Shown here in pieces: positions 63,632-64,000 of a DNA stretch of 64,000 bases. The position numbers were made by a program, and so were the translations under genes. The first letter of the stretch is position 1. Each line of letters starts with the position of its first letter. Location of the stretch: the NCBI RefSeq assembly GCF_036971445.1, contig NW_027212023.1, positions 124,001 to 188,000 of the forward strand. The letters are read 5' to 3'. The notes beneath the pieces are model-generated. The model had not been told where the DNA came from and made no database searches. It saw only the letters and a list, made by a program, of their open reading frames with translations. Source of the stretch: Narcine bancroftii. Taxonomy: Eukaryota.

Positions 63632-64000
63632 TCAGCCTACGACTACGAAATCGGCCAGGACTAGTCAGAGAGTTTTACAGCACAGAAACTGGCCCTTCAA
63701 CCCATCTGTCCCATGCAGACCCAGTTGCCTGCATTTGGTCCATGTCCCTTGAAACCATTCCTATCCAGGGAACTAATGGCACACCATTTCCTTCTCATAT
63801 TTTTATTGGCATATTTTCTCAGTTTGAAGCATTACATTATCAGGTCACAAGGCACCTGGCAGGTAGTGGTGCAATCATCAGGAGATCTAGCACAGAAGCC
63901 CACCAACTGACCACCCATTTCACTCATTCCATTCATCCCACTGATTGGGCCCTTTGGAACTAATTCCAATCAGCTTCCTGCTTAGTTTTGCAAATGACAA

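Overview
Eukaryotic, repeat-dense vertebrate DNA. The repeat repertoire (V-SINE-like SINEs, CR1, Rex1/Babar, RTE, L1/Tx1, Penelope-derived elements) suggests a cartilaginous fish, probably a ray; this is inference. Two spliced genes lie on the minus strand. (1) Coding exons 1-3 (signal peptide and prodomain) of an ADAMTS17/ADAMTS19-clade metalloprotease at 14951-11526, continuing off the left edge. (2) The last six coding exons of a divergent ATP-Mg/Pi carrier (SCaMC; SLC25A23/24/25/41 family) at 63556-45375, with a 3'UTR to about 43025. Between them is a full-length, decayed CsRn1-clade Gypsy LTR element (34037-40502; TSD ATAC, tRNA-Trp PBS). A nested 5'-truncated L1 with a 15-bp TSD is fused in frame to its RT. 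Other structures include an RTE LINE with a twin-priming-type inversion, solo LTRs, Penelope-derived palindromes with minimal hammerhead-like cores, Chapaev3-like remnants, a 42-bp minisatellite of about 70 copies, a 1.4-kb polypurine tract, an orphan promoter with a splice donor upstream of the ADAMTS gene, and a strand-flipped degenerate repeat in the carrier 3'UTR. There are no prokaryotic features or CRISPR arrays. Family calls come from motif recognition by eye, not from searches.
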